This document shows, piece by piece, positions 12,264 through 26,712 of a stretch of DNA of 64,000 nt; position 1 is the first letter of the stretch; each line of letters opens with the position of its first letter. The stretch lies in contig NC_068981.1 of the NCBI RefSeq assembly GCF_001194135.2, positions 188,916,250-188,980,249 on the forward strand. The letters are read 5' to 3'. The stretch comes from Octopus bimaculoides. Its lineage: Eukaryota. The position numbers were made by a program, and so were the translations under genes. Below the pieces are notes generated by a model. That model ran no database searches. It worked only from the letters and a program-made list of their open reading frames with translations, and was not told where the DNA came from.

Positions 12264-12377
12264 AATGCGGCAGATATATGACCGTGTTTTTAAAGATGAT
12301 ATCCTCAAGGAAGATTTGTTGAAAAACCTCGCTTATGCAGCCGATGTATTAGAGGCTGTGCATATTGATGAAACAAA
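12264..12377 (+). CDS. PDE1: PDE1 internal exon (114 nt, phase 2 to phase 2), N-terminal regulatory region
   Basis: Acceptor tatttcag| and donor |gtaagt. Translates MRQIYDRVFKDDILKEDLLKNLAYAADVLEAVHIDET(K), matching the PDE1 motif I recall as L.KNLEY.A.VLEAVYIDET. Joins exon 42243 in frame. Confidence 0.93.
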
Positions 12378-14580
12378 GTAAGTATATAGTTAATATTCAT
12401 GCACTTTATTTAAATGCTTTAATGATAACTGATTAAAAACAATTTAAAAGATATATTTTGTTTTTGAAATTAATTTCTTACATTATGTTTAAGATATAGT
12501 GTTGATTTACAAGGAAAACGCTAAAATATAGATTTAAAACAAAACTGAATTTAGGAAGAAAATAAAACTTAAGTTAAAAGTTATTGTGAATTTTATATTT
12601 AACAATTTTTCCCGATGTTTTTAAACAGTTTGTATCAGTATTATTTGACTCTGGATACAAAAATATAAAAATAGGCAAATCAGCTGTTTAATTTTGTGTC
12701 TTTCTTATATTTGAAAATAAAAAGGTAAGAGCAGTATGTTATATTTTATGAGAATAATCCAGATTTCATTCTGTTTAATATGTAGCTTATCATTCTGAGA
12801 AATATGTATATTATTGTAAAATACATTCGTTTCAGTAGAAATATATTTTCAATTATTTGTATTGTATTCTTTCAGAAAGTAAACTCTAGATCTACACATT
12901 CTGCTATTAATAAGATTAAATTCTTAAAAGAGAATTTGAGGAGTTATATTAGAGAATCATTTTAACAATTTCTAGCAAGATTACATTATATTAAAGGCAA
13001 ATTTCTTGATTACTACTTAATGAAGATATGTGAAATATATGATATCTCTCAAATCTCTTTGACCTTAAAATGTTTATATCACATTTAATGTGCAATAAAT
13101 TACAATTTTCAAAATAAAAATATCAAAATTAAAAGTAATGTCAAGTAAAGTGTTTACTCTTTGAATCTCATAACTTCTGGTGTGTCATGTCCAAGATCAA
13201 GACGCATAATTCTCAGTAGTGCAGTCCATTAAATGTACACAAGTACTTTGGAACCATACTTTTAATGTTATAAACAGTGGAAGTACTGAGTAAGTAACTT
13301 GTTGATAAACTACTGAGATTAATAAACATTGCTGTGGTTGATTGCAATAAGCTCGTCAAACACAAGAAAGTCAGTGATTGACCCTATTTTTCACCCTTAC
13401 ATTTGAGAAATATTGATCAATGATTGAATTTCTATATTCTTCCAGTGTTACTTTCTTAATATTCTTTTCAGTTCTTTTTATAAATTTTCTTAAAAAGATT
13501 TATAACTTTTGTTCATTTTTATTGATTTCTATATATTAGTATATTCATCCAATGATTGCAAATTTCTGACTATTGATATCCATCAATAGTTTGAAAATCC
13601 ATCCAAAAGTAGTTTGAACATGCAGTAGGCAGATTCTCATTTTGGTCTATTATGGTTAATATTAAGTTATTTCTATTGTTTAAAATTTTTACTCAAATTA
13701 ATTGTGTTTTATATTATATTTATTAAAAAAAAGTGATTATTAAAGAAGCAAAGACTGATTGAAATTTAAACTTTCATCAGTCGTATTAAAAATTAATCAT
13801 TAACGATGAAAGCAGTATTAATACCACAAGGTATTCTTTATATTCAAGCTTAACATGGATTCCTTGTTAAAACACCAAATACTGCATTATTAGCCTAGAG
13901 AGATCCTCTCGTATAGGTGCTTGGTGCATAAAAGCACATGTATAGATGGTAGCAAATGAAATTTGTCAGTCATGGGCACCAAAATTCCCAGTATTTTCTG
14001 ATTTAAATTATTAAACTTATTCTGCAACTCATGAAGTTTCAGTGTCCTTATCAACTGCACTTTAAATGATAACCAACAGAATGGCATCAATATTTCAAAA
14101 TATTTAAACTTATCTCAATAAAAGCATAGCTTATTCGACTGAGATATGCACTACGTATGTTAATCAGATTCTCTATAAACACCATTTATTTCAAAATGTT
14201 TCCGAGTTTCTTTTGTTAATAATGCAAATGTATTTCAGCAATGTTTTGGAATTTTCAGATCCACATTATTCTTGTCTTCATATTTTATTTTCAAATCAGA
14301 TTTATTGAATAGTTAATTTTGACAGTAAAGAGTTCTCCTTTAATAAATGTTTCTACAAATGTCTACGATGCTATTCATTGTCTCTTCATTTCTTCAGAAG
14401 GTTCCACCAAGTTTAAGACTTGTTTAAACTTCAGTGATGCTGGTGAATACTGTTACCAGGTTTATACAATCCATAGATTCTTTGTATTTTCTCAGAAAAG
14501 TCATAGCAGTGGGGGTAATGTTAGAGTGAATTCCAGCTTTTGTATATTGCTGTAATTTAAGATGACTTTCATTGGACTAA

Positions 14581-14908
14581 GTGAAGGCATATGTTTTAGT
14601 GGTTAGTGTATTCAGCTCATGATCATAAGGTCCTGAGTTCAGTTCCCGGTGGTGCATTGTGTCCTTGAGCAAGACACTTTATTTCACATTGCTCCACTCC
14701 ACTCAGCTGGCAAAAGTGAGTAGTACCTGAATTTCAAAGGGCCAGTCTTGTCACATTCAGTGTCATGCTGAATCTCTCTGAGAACTATGTTAAGGGTATG
14801 TACATCTGTGGAGTACTCAGCTACTTGCACATTAATTTAACAATCAGGCTTGTTCTGTTGGTTGAATTAATTGAAATCCTTATCATCATAATCGATTGAG
14901 TGCCAGTA
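14581..14908 (+). mobile_element. tRNA-derived SINE family E (old)
   Basis: Head GAAGGCATATGTTTTAGTGGTTAG...GAGTTCAGTTCCC and core GTGTCCTTGAGCAAGACACTT...CACATTGCTCC. Related copies at about 56102-56250 (+) and 61995-62128 (-). Confidence 0.6.
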
Positions 14909-16055
14909 AGTTCTTGGGTAATATGGTACAAACTTGGTTCTCAGAAATACACTCTTCAGGTGATATAGTTTTTTTTCCTTTTTCTTAGCAGTTTTAGTGT
15001 TATTGGGGAATTTTTTTTATACTGCTGTCAGTTTTTGGTATAATATCTGAACATCAAGGTGGTTAAATATAAATGTCTGAAAGACTTTTAAGGCCCACAG
15101 TTCATATCCGTATGACGAGACAAGTCTCCTCAATAAGACACCAGTCTGTTTCAAATAACCTTATCAGATGGTGTGGTATCTACTCATAGCTAAATCTGTC
15201 TTCAGTCCAGTGGATTTGAACTCGAAATGTTTTTTCTGTAAATTCAGTTTCATCCCCTTCCAGGTATTTCAGTTGTCATCTGCATAGTGTGATGGATTTC
15301 ACAATTGAAGTGGCCATCAGTTTTCTATAAAGGGACATTGTGACAGCCATTTCCATACAGTGAATTACATCAATACAAAGTGGTGTTTGATATAGTTCAA
15401 TTAGTGTTTGGTATTCTGCTTCAAAAGATGTTGTCGACATATCTTAGTCAAGATCTGAACTTGAGGAGTTGTGTTCACTAAATATTACGGGTGATAATGT
15501 TGAACTCAGAGCTATGTATCTAATTACTGATAGAAAATTCAATTGCGAAGAAGACACTCTTATTCATTTTCAGTCTGTCAAAGATAATTGATTTGTTCTT
15601 CACTAGTTGTCAGAACTGGATAAGAGAAAGACCAAAATCTAAGAGAACTGCATACTACATGTAATTAGTAGGCCTAATTGAGAATCAACTTTAATTTGAC
15701 TGCTTTTAATGAAAGAAATTTTAATAGCATTAATATTTACATATTTGTGAATAAAAACATTGAAATCGTCTTGTTTGTTGCTATGATTTCTAAATCCAAG
15801 TATATATCAGGAAAAACTTTATGTAAAGTATGACACTTGTAAATAAGAGAATATTCCTGATTGGCATTAGTGTTAATAGAAAAACAAATAGATGAGGGTA
15901 ATATGCCAGTCTGTGCATACGATTCTGACAGCACATTAGAGAGAGAAAACGATTAGAGAGATAGTTATAATGAGCAACATTTCAAGCTACATATTTGTAT
16001 ATATTAAATCAGGATTGGTGAGGCAAACAAGAAAAGTAGAACTCAACACATAAGT

Positions 16056-16062
16056 ATGTATG

Positions 16063-16148
<86 letters not shown>
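16056..16148. repeat. Compound (TA)n(CA)n microsatellite
   Basis: Directly visible. Confidence 0.9.
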
Positions 16149-16771
16149 TCGGAAGCAGCAACATGACTCAAGGGTCAAGAGTTTGATAAGTGCTAATGCA
16201 TGAAACATTTCAACCCTAGAGTTACTCTGTTGCTTCTGCTAAATATTTATTAAAAAAAACAAACACATATATAGAATCTGAATATGGACCCAGATACAAA
16301 GCATGAAAAGGAAGAAAAACCATAAAAAAAGAAGGAAACCATTTGATAGTCACCAGTTCCTTTTTTATTGTACCTTGTTTATTTCCAAGCTTATATCTAA
16401 CATGTAAAAATATACACTTTGAAGAATTATAGCTTGACTTATTTGTGAATTAATTCAAATAACAATATCTATAAATGAATACAATGTATTCACTCAGAGA
16501 AGTTACTGCAGCTTATCAAAATTTCACTTTTATAAATCTGTAGATTTGTTTTAATTGTCTTTATATATATATATATACACATATATATATTATCAGTAAG
16601 TTTAGTGTGGAAAGACATTCTTTCTTTCACAATAACTTGCTGTTTTCTTTCTTTTTTAGTTGATTCCAAGCATAACTGTTTTTATATAGGGCATGATATC
16701 TAAAGTATGAGCTTGGTGCTAGTATTTCAATAAAATTAACTACTTAGCATGTGCAAATAGAAAATAATAAT

Positions 16772-16932
16772 AATATATATATATATATATATATATACAT
16801 ATGTATGTATGTATATATATATATGTGTGTGTGTATATATATATATATATGTATATACATTTATATATATATTTATATACATATAAATACACACACGCAT
16901 ATATGTATATATATACATATATATATATATGT
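16772..16932. repeat. Compound TA/TG/CA low-complexity tract
   Basis: Directly visible; source of spurious YIYI-type ORFs. Confidence 0.9.
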
Positions 16933-17434
16933 ATTTGATGCTGATAAAATATTAACTACTACTTTTGCATACAAATTTTATGGATGCTCGCTTCTACCCA
17001 GCAATATTTGAAAGGATTTCAGGCATTTTAAAAGTTATAATTTTGTCTTTTCTTTTCTGTCTTTCTTTCATTCTCTTTTTTGTTCACACTCTAAAATTCA
17101 TTTTAAAGATGAATTTTGTTTTCTAAATATTGGTATGGTTTTATATCTTAATGGCCTAAATTATATGAATATTTTCAGTAATGTATGTTCAGGGGCTCAA
17201 AGCAATTTATCATTATGTAATTCTTTTACACCAAAATATTTCATATTAAAAATTTATTATTCTATTTAGATATTAAAATGAATGATTGCCTGCCATCTTT
17301 TCTCATATCATCTAATTAAACTAATGTTTTATTTTGATTTTTTTCTTTTATTTTGCAATATTATGTTTTATGTATTTTAGTGCAAAAATATCATTTCTTG
17401 AAATGAATTTTAAATTTCTTCTAAAACAAATACT

Positions 17435-17466
<32 letters not shown>

Positions 17467-20400
17467 CGTGTGTGTGCGTATGACATGTAAACACATGCAT
17501 ACAATTATTTTTGCTGCTCCTATTGCTGATGCCAAGTATCCCCTACTTGAGTAGACTTTTGCCATAGGTATAACTGATGAAATTATTAGGAACAACTGAC
17601 AGATCCAGAAATCCAGGAATAAGATGTCCAGTGTATCAAAATAGGTCAAACTTTTGCATTTGATCAATGATCTCGCTATGATTAAGCCATAATTATTTTG
17701 GGAAAATTGTCTAAACATTTACTGCCTGCAGTTTTCATTTTAAAGATGGTTGAGAATTTTTCTTTAAAGAAATTTAGATGCTGCAATGGACAGGTTGAGT
17801 AAACTAATTAAGATTCTGCTTGCTGGTATAATTTTTATTTTATCAACTGAGAAGATTTCTAAAACACATGCATCATTGACTGCTTTTCATTATTTTTTGC
17901 TAAATTATTTGAAGAAAAATAATTCATTCATTCCTTACTTAATTTTATAGGATATGAAGTTTTCTGTGATATAAGTGGATACACTTATTAGTTAAAATGT
18001 CTCTATGAACACATTGTTTGTGCACATATGTTAGTTTAAGTAATTGCTGTTTCAGTGGATATTTTTATTTCATTCTGTTTTAATCTTGATTTAATTAAAG
18101 TTTTATATTTTGTATGTTTCTGTGCAATGTTTCAACTGTGTATGTTCTTGTTAAAATTATATAAATCTATAAAATTAGTGGATATTTAAATGAGAACAAA
18201 GTTCTAAAAAAGAATTTTTCATCTGTTTCTAATACAAGAGTTATTTCTAATCCAATTTGTATTATCAACATTTTATCTATTTGAATTTGATTAAAACATT
18301 TCAAGAATATTCAGAAAGGTGCGTTTATAGCAATTAAGTCCTATCATCAGATGTAAATATTTAACATTTGACTGGTTAACATTTTCTAAAATTTAGTTTC
18401 AATTGCAAAATTTTCTTTTGTATCATTAATAGCAAAATACTCATTAAATTAAATTTGTGTATTGTGTATTCCCTACAACTTCTAAATACATAAAATATTG
18501 GTTTTAATAGTTAGACTCTCTTAACGCATAAAATTTTTTCAAATAAACTCTTTAGAACTTTGTATATAACTTTGGAAAACATATAAATAACAAACTTCTA
18601 GCCCTGTCATTCTCCTGTCATTCTGAGTTTTCTACCATTACTACAATGATCTCTACTTCTCAGAATTAGCTCAATAGTATATCACCTTGACCCAAATTCA
18701 TCAAACATATTCATTTTCATCTCATTCTCACCCAAACTCCAGTAACCACTTTCTTAACCCACTATACCCCCTGAATGTCAACTCTTTGTAGTTCCCTGCC
18801 TACTTTTGCTCTTCTGGCAATCATAGGCTTACAGATATTCAAACTTAACATGAAAAATTCCCCCCTGACCAATCTATCAGGATTATGGGTGCTGCCTCTT
18901 CTCATGACTAAAATCTTCATAAAATGTTTGTTTTTAAAGAGCAAATGACAATTGGTGTGCATATTAGGAACTGGTTTACTGACTCTAAACAAAGGAGTTC
19001 TGAGGACAGGAAGGCTTTAGGTTATATAAGATATGATTGTTTTTGGTCAGTGTGGTCATCTTAGCTGTGCCTATTATGAGAGCAGTAGTGAGATGGAGTA
19101 AAGAGTTCAACCTTATTTTCAGAATAAGACAGTTTTCCGTAAATGAGAGTTAGAGAAGTTAACTCCAGTATTGGACAAGTACTTTATTTATTAACTCTGA
19201 AAGGATTTTAATTCAGAATACAGAAAGCCAGAATAAACACCACAACTTTTTAATGTTTCTCTCATTTTGCCATCTTAACTTTATAGTAGTAGTTTTAAAA
19301 CCTGCAAACAAAATCATCAAACTGTATCAAGCAATCTGCAAATTATACCATTGCTATTTTGAAAATCTATAACCTTTACTTTGCACTGTATGTAGTAATT
19401 AAACATTAAAAAAATATTAATTTTTCCAATTTATAAGTAACTTTATGAAAACTGACTTGATTGAACATCCATTTTATTAGAAACAAAGGCACGTTTATGA
19501 AAGAACTGGATCAATGTTCTGAGAGCCAATTATTATTTCAGGAAACTTTCATAAAGGAACAATCTGAAGATAATTACATTGACATTAAAAGCAGAAACAA
19601 TTGAGAATATAAATTTCTGCCATCTATTTTTAATTATTTTGTTTTGTATTAATTTGACTCAAGGAATTATTTGAATACCATTTTAGATCTACATTTCTGA
19701 TATTTTCCAACAATTGTTCCATGGATTTGAATTGCATTATGTTCCTGATGTAGGCTTGAAAACGACTTATATTTATCTTCATTCCATTCATAAATTTAAC
19801 AACATTACTCCACTTTCCTTGAAATAATAAATGGTTATTGTTTTTTACTTAATTAATTTTATTAAAGTTATCTTCCATGAAGAGAAAAATATTAATTTTC
19901 ATAGAAATACCTAAAATGAAATTTCAGTTATCTTTCTAAAACTGTTCAGAAGTCTATCAGGATTTTATCAGATTTAAAAAAAGGGGAAAAAAAAGACAAA
20001 CATTTCAATTGAATTTTATATTAATATCTCTGTTGTCTTATACTGAACAGTCTGCATGGTAAACATATTTCATTATACTAAATATAAAATATGATTTTAG
20101 AATGAAATAAGAGTGGAAATAATCAAATTTGTGTTAGCTGTAAAATTAGCTGCCTTTGAAAATAAGAAAACTTTATTTAAAATCTTTTAATATATAAAAA
20201 ATATATTTAGAGAAATACAAATTTGAAAGAATTAGCTTTTAAGTAATCAAGGAAGAAAATACATACATTTTGCCTTTTTTTTTATATAAATCATTTTGTT
20301 ATTCTCGAAAGAACTAAAGAACTATAACCTAGTTTTGAATAGTTTTCTTAGATCATTGAAACTTTATATTTTTAACTGTACAATTTACTAATAGAGTTCT

Positions 20401-20605
20401 TCTTTGATATTGCTTACCTATTACTTTACTACAGTGGCCAAGGTCTAGTTTGATATTTTTCTGTTAGCATAAAGTGAAATAGTCTTAGTCTTGGACAATT
20501 CTCATTTATGTCAACTTCATTTGTAATCCCACGATCCTCAATGGCAAATTGGTTGAGTCATTAAAATAGCAGGTGAAATGCTTTGTAATATTTATTCCCG
20601 CATAA

Positions 20606-20986
20606 GGTGGCGAGCTGGCAGAATCGTTTGCACGCCAGGTGAAATGCTTACCGGTATTTCGTCTGCCGCTATGTTCTGAGTTCAAATTCTGCCGAGGTTA
20701 ACTTTGCATTTCATCCTTTCAGCATCAATTAAATAAGTACCAGTTATGCAGTTTGTCTATCCTTGTTTGTCCCCTCTGTGTGTAGCCCCTTGTGGGCAGT
20801 AAAGAAATAAGAAACATTGGCACACCGAGCGAAATGCTTAGCGGTATTTCATGTCTTTACGTTCTGAGTTTAAATTTCATCCTTTCGGGGTCAATAAATT
20901 AAGTACCAGTTGCATACTGGAGTCAATCTAATCAACTAGCCCCCTCTCCCAAAATTTTAGGCCTTGTGCCTAGAATAGAAAAGAAT
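20606..20986 (+). mobile_element. Tandem dimer of family B SINEs
   Basis: First unit with an alternative tail (...TAGCCCCTTGTGGGCAGTAAAGAAATAAG) runs straight into a second head-trimmed unit (AAACATTGGCACACCGAGCGAAATGC...). Confidence 0.75.
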
Positions 20987-21905
20987 ATTTATTTCAGCTT
21001 ATTATGTTCTGAGTTCAAATCCGGCCAAGGCCAACATTATCTTTTATCCCTTTAGAGAATCAATGAAGAAAGTACCAATCTAGAGCAATGGCTTGGCAAA
21101 ATTGTTATACCATCAGTATTGCAGTATTTGTTTCAACTCTTGGCATCTGAGTTCAAATCCCATCATGGTCTACTTGACTGATAGACTTAATCTGGTACAT
21201 AGTTTAACACTGATACTGGGTTCTTAGGTGCCTTTAGCTGCTGTATCCACTTTATTGCAGACATTCAGGCCAGATCTCAGATTTAAAAGTATCTTACCCC
21301 ACTTCTCTCTCTTACCTATATTGGAAACTCTGTAAAGGATCTTGGACACCACATTTTTGCGCTGATTATGTAATAACACAAAAATCCCATTATTCCATAG
21401 ATTAGCTCACCATACTTCAACATTTATTCACCTCATTCTTATCTATTTATTTTTGATTTTGTTTTTCATTCCATCAAAATAAACAAGATTATGATAACTT
21501 TGGTAAAATATTACTAGTGTTGAAAATGTGAGGTCAAAGGAATCTCAGAAATGGTACACTTTGTTGTACCATCCAGTTTTGTTTTTATATATTTGGTGTT
21601 TGGATCCCTTCACGATCGACATTACTTTCCTCATGTCTGGGAACCTACTAAAAAAATAAGTACCAATAGATTAGTTGGGAATGATATAGCTACCACTCAC
21701 CTCCCCTAAAATGTCTGACCTTGTGTCAGAACTAAAAATCATTACTGTAACTAAAAAAATTAGAAAATATCATGTAAATATTCACACATGGGAAATGGCC
21801 TCTTCCTCTTTTTTCCCATTTCATCTTGTATTTTTATCTAAGTTCTACTTTTTCTACTGTACTGGACGTTAATTAACTTTGGTTAATACTTGACATATTC
21901 TAGCA

Positions 21906-22058
21906 CAGTGGTTCTCAACTAGGGTCCAGATGACCCTTGGAGGTCCATATAAGATTTTATTAAGATTTATGTGCTATAAACTGGACATACTTCTACAATA
22001 TATATACAGTAGGAATCAAAGGGGACCATAGGCAAAGAATGGTTGTTGAGAAACACTG
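21906..22058. mobile_element. hAT (Charlie-like) MITE, internally deleted
   Basis: TIRs CAGTGGTTCTCAAC...GTTGAGAAACACTG; flanks ttctagca/gtctacaa resemble the NTCTAGAN target. Confidence 0.75.
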
Positions 22059-22133
22059 GTCTACAAGAATGTTAACGCTATAGAAAAACAGGAATAACCA
22101 TTATATTACTTTACAGCCTCCTAACTGTTGATA

Positions 22134-22470
22134 TTGCCTTTCATCCTTTTGGGGTTGATAAATTAAGTACCAGTTGTGTACTGGGGTCGATCTAATTGAC
22201 TGGCCCCCTCCCCAAAAATTTTGGGCCTTGTGCCTAGAGTAGAAAATATTGTATAAGGCAGTGAGCTAGCAGAAACATTAGTATGCCAGGCAAAATGCTT
22301 TGCAATATTTCGTCTGTCTTTACGTTCTGAGTTCAAATTCCGCTGAGGTCAACTTTGCCTTTCATCCTTTTGGGGTTGATAAATTAAGTACTAGCTGCGT
22401 ACTGGTGTCGATCTAATCGACTGGCCCCCTCCCACCAAATTTTGGGCCTTGTGCCTAGAGTAGAAAAGAA
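22134..22470 (+). mobile_element. Two tandem family B SINEs (5'-truncated plus full length)
   Basis: Core and tail repeated at 22134-22248 and 22256-22470. Confidence 0.8.
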
Positions 22471-23411
22471 TACACTTGCTGTATTCTACTCATAAGTATC
22501 TACCGTGGTTTATATCTAGTTGGATGTTTTATACTTTATGTTCATAGTGAATTCTAAGCTAGATTTCATATTGCCTTAGTACTTACTGGAACAATAACAA
22601 ACTATTACTGTAAAAATCAACTAATTGCCCTTAAAATATACCTTTATCTCCATAAGAGGTCGAAATTTCCCTTTTCTATGGGGGTAAGGTGGGAGAAATA
22701 GGAGTTGCTCAGAAAGGTGAATAGAACAGAGAGTAGTAGAATGATGAGTAAAGTGGTGGAGGGACATATAGGGATGCACAAGGGGCTAAAGAGGTGGGTC
22801 ATGATGGAAAGGTATTGAGAATGATAGTAGACAAGTGATGTGTTAAGAATGGAATATAGCAGGGGGGTGGAGAACAGTGGCTGATAACATGGAACAGAAG
22901 TGATTATTTGAAATAGTGAGGGCAAGGATGATGAATGAGGGAAGCAGTTCTGGGTGGGGGTACTTTTTGGGAGAGGAAGGGATATATGTGCTGATATATA
23001 AATGGGGGGTGTGGGTGAAAATGGGGGAGGAATGCTTCACAATCTAATATTTACAAGCTATCATTTATAGCTTTATGCCCTTCAAGATCCACTATTCCAA
23101 AAAGATTTTAAATTTCTTAGAAACATGTACTTCCTCCAGTGTCTGGTCTATTTCTGTATGCATGTAAATTAAACTCAAACCCTGACGGTTGCTGTTCCTC
23201 TGCCCTTACCAAAAGCATTCTACATCCCAGAACAGCATTTGGGGCTAATAAGATGATTGCTACCACAGTTAATCTCTGTGTAAGTATTAGGGGGTGTGTT
23301 AAGATATTTTACTGAGGATATATTTAATTAGGTGACACAGCTGATAGTGCTTGTGTGTGTGTGTGCTTGTGTGTGTATGCATATATATATATATATACCT
23401 TTCCTTCTTTG

Positions 23412-23865
23412 GACACAAAACCCTGCTTGCGAAGACTTGTTGAGGCAAGTGAAATCGAAATCGAATTCAAAATTGAACCAAATTCGATGACTGGCACCAG
23501 TGCCAGTGAAGCACTAACAGCACCATCCGAGCAGGATCACTGCCAGAGCAGCAGTCTCGCTTCCATGCCAGTGGCACGTAAAAAGCACCATTTGAGTGTG
23601 ATCGTTACCAGCATTGCCTTACTGGCACGTGAACGAAACACCTGAGCGAGGTCATTGCCAGTGCTGCTGGACTGACTCCTGTGCCGGTGGCATGTAAAAG
23701 CACCCACTACACATTCGGAGTGGTTGACGTTAGGAAGGGCATCCAGTTGTGGAAACTCTGCCAGATCAGATTGGAGCCTGGTGCAGCCGTCTGGTTCGCC
23801 AGTCCTCAGTCAAATCATCCAACCCATGCTAGCATGGAAAGCGGACATTAAACGATGATGATGAT
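23412..23865 (+). mobile_element. Family A element (long form)
   Basis: GAAATCGAAATCGAATTC 5' repeats, three internal modules, (GAT)n tail. Confidence 0.85.
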
Positions 23866-23933
23866 ATATGTGTATGTGTGTGTGTGTGTATGCATATATA
23901 TGTGGGTGTCTATATATATATATATATATATAT

Positions 23934-24650
23934 NNNNNNNNNNNNNNNNNNNNNNNNNNNNNNNNNNNNNNNNNNNNNNNNNNNNNNNNNNNNNNNNNNN
24001 NNNNNNNNNNNNNNNNNNNNNNNNNNNNNNNNNNNNNNNNNNNNNNNNNNNNNNNNNNNNNNNNNNNNNNNNNNNNNNNNNNNNNNNNNNNNNNNNNNNN
24101 NNNNNNNNNNNNNNNNNNNNNNNNNNNNNNNNNNNNNNNNNNNNNNNNNNNNNNNNNNNNNNNNNNNNNNNNNNNNNNNNNNNNNNNNNNNNNNNNNNNN
24201 NNNNNNNNNNNNNNNNNNNNNNNNNNNNNNNNNNNNNNNNNNNNNNNNNNNNNNNNNNNNNNNNNNNNNNNNNNNNNNNNNNNNNNNNNNNNNNNNNNNN
24301 NNNNNNNNNNNNNNNNNNNNNNNNNNNNNNNNNNNNNNNNNNNNNNNNNNNNNNNNNNNNNNNNNNNNNNNNNNNNNNNNNNNNNNNNNNNNNNNNNNNN
24401 NNNNNNNNNNNNNNNNNNNNNNNNNNNNNNNNNNNNNNNNNNNNNNNNNNNNNNNNNNNNNNNNNNNNNNNNNNNNNNNNNNNNNNNNNNNNNNNNNNNN
24501 NNNNNNNNNNNNNNNNNNNNNNNNNNNNNNNNNNNNNNNNNNNNNNNNNNNNNNNNNNNNNNNNNNNNNNNNNNNNNNNNNNNNNNNNNNNNNNNNNNNN
24601 NNNNNNNNNNNNNNNNNNNNNNNNNNNNNNNNNNNNNNNNNNNNNNNNNN
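23934..24650. other. Assembly gap (N run) flanked by (TA)n
   Basis: Run of N. Confidence 1.
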
Positions 24651-24692
24651 NATATATATATATATATATATATAAATGAATAGAAAATGGAG

Positions 24693-24927
24693 ATCATTGT
24701 TTAATGTCCGCTTTCCATGCTGGCATGGGTTGGACGGTTTGACTGAGGGCTGGCGAACCAGAAGGCTGCACCAGGCTCCAATTCGATCTGGCAGTGTCTC
24801 TAGATGCCCTTCCTAATGCCAACCACTCCAAGAGTGTAGTGGGTGCTTTTGATGTGCCACTGGCATGAGGGCCAGTCAGACGGTACTGGCATCAGCCACT
24901 CTTGAACGGTGCTTTTTATGAGCCACC

Positions 24928-24928
<1 letters not shown>
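24693..24928 (-). mobile_element. Family A element
   Basis: Reverse complement of the family A body and tail. Confidence 0.8.
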
Positions 24929-24964
<36 letters not shown>

Positions 24965-26550
24965 CACACACACAATAAGCTTCTTTCAGTTTCCATCTAC
25001 AAAATCCTTACCAGGACAATAGTAGAAAACACTAGTCCAAGTTGTGACCTAATGGGACTGAATCTGAGACAACATGCTTGGAAGCCAAGCTACTCAGCAG
25101 CACTTGTAATGCCTGCACATATGTCTAGTTAAACCATTTCATGTTGCTGGTTTTATTTTGAATCCTCACGTTTCTAGTGTATCACTGTGCCCTAATCACT
25201 GTAGTTACATTCTGGATAAATAGTTTTACTGTAATTAAGCCTTTCTTACTTTTATGGGATATAATTTGAAATTTGTAGTGAGTTTTACCATTGTTTCTTG
25301 TATTATTGCAATGGGTTTGCCGTGTTTGGTGATTAAATGGTTTTAATTCTGTAAAGGTGCTTTTACATCATTAATGCTGCACTGCAGAAGCAGAATGTTT
25401 AAATTGTTTGTTTTTGTATTTACAGAGTGTGTGTATATCTGTGTATGTGTGAAATGCTGAAACTTCTCTTTACACCAGCTTTGATATTCTGTGTATTTGC
25501 TTTTAGAAAAGAAATAACAGCAACACATTGTTTTCATTAACCTGATTTGTTATGGGCTTTGTATTGCTTAAGAGAACTTTTTGCTAATTCCCAAGTCAAC
25601 CCTGATCCAGTAAATCTATGATCAAGGTTGTTTTAGCCATGACACATCACTTTTATGGTGGTGATGTTCATTTATAACCATCACAGGTTCTCTCGGGAAT
25701 TTTGATGAATCATCTTTTATGTTTGTCTACTTTGCTGGAGTGTGTTTCTGTTATCAATAAATTTTCACATCTATTTGTGCAGAGTTGTTACTTTCACATT
25801 TCTTCCAAGCATGTAGATGTGTGGGTTGCTTCATCCATTTCTATTTTCTGAATTTTCATTATTCAGCTGGTATTCCAGGTATAAGCCACCTTTCTTTTCT
25901 GGTATATCATACCCAGATTTAGATTACTTAGAATATTCACTAATATTTAAGATTGTTGGAAATAAAATTTGCAGATTTTGCAGCTGGTTTTAACACATCA
26001 AGCAACTACACATAAGCTTTCTTCCAGTGTTTATTCCAAAACACATTTATCATATTGATTCCAAGAGCACAAGAAAATCACCTCATAATCTACACCCATC
26101 CTTTATTAAAATTATAATATTATGGATTACTAACTACACCTTGACAATGTAGATTTACAGTATTTATATCCAAACTGTTTCTGACTTCTGATTGCCATCA
26201 GATATTTAATTCTTGGATATGTACATGGTCTGAGATTGAGTTCAAATCAGCCCAAGACTACATAGATATTCAAGCAGATGAGGTTAATAGTGTGGAAAAA
26301 TTATAATTTCAGTAACAAAACAACTCAGATACTTCTATAATGTATTTAGTTTCATCATCTTTGTTTTAATGTCCATTTTTCTGCATAGGGCAGACAAAAG
26401 TTGTTGAGGTAGATTTTCTACAGCCAGATACTCTTCCTGTCACCAACTCTCAACTGTATCTAACCAAAGTAGATATTTTTATCATGGAAGACTAGAAAGA
26501 AACATCACTTTTACGGTGGTGATGTTTATTTACACCCAGCACATGATGTC

Positions 26551-26712
26551 AAGACAAGAGCACACACACACACACACTCATACATATATGTTGGTTTCTT
26601 TCAGTTTCTGTCAACCATATCCACTCCACTAGCAAGGCTTTGGTCAGCTGGGGGCGATAGTAGAAGACACTTGCCCGAGGTACCATATAGTGGGACTGAA
26701 CCCCAAACCACA
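26551..26712 (-). mobile_element. Family C SINE (partial)
   Basis: TTCTTTCAGTTTCTGTC...TAGTAGAAGACACTTGCCCGAGG...GGGACTGAACCC. Similar partial copies near 9045-9200, 11195-11280 and 24965-25110 (-), and 54062-54200, 55225-55380 and 56624-56790 (+). Confidence 0.75.

Noticed and set aside
22640-23045. Purine/pyrimidine-skewed blocks (also about 380-620, 18600-19000, 47250-47650, 57750-58130)
   Set aside because: Probably decayed LINE or Penelope sequence, but I could not read a convincing protein motif.
23810-24697. ORFs of 265-295 aa
   Set aside because: They only span the N gap and TA repeats.
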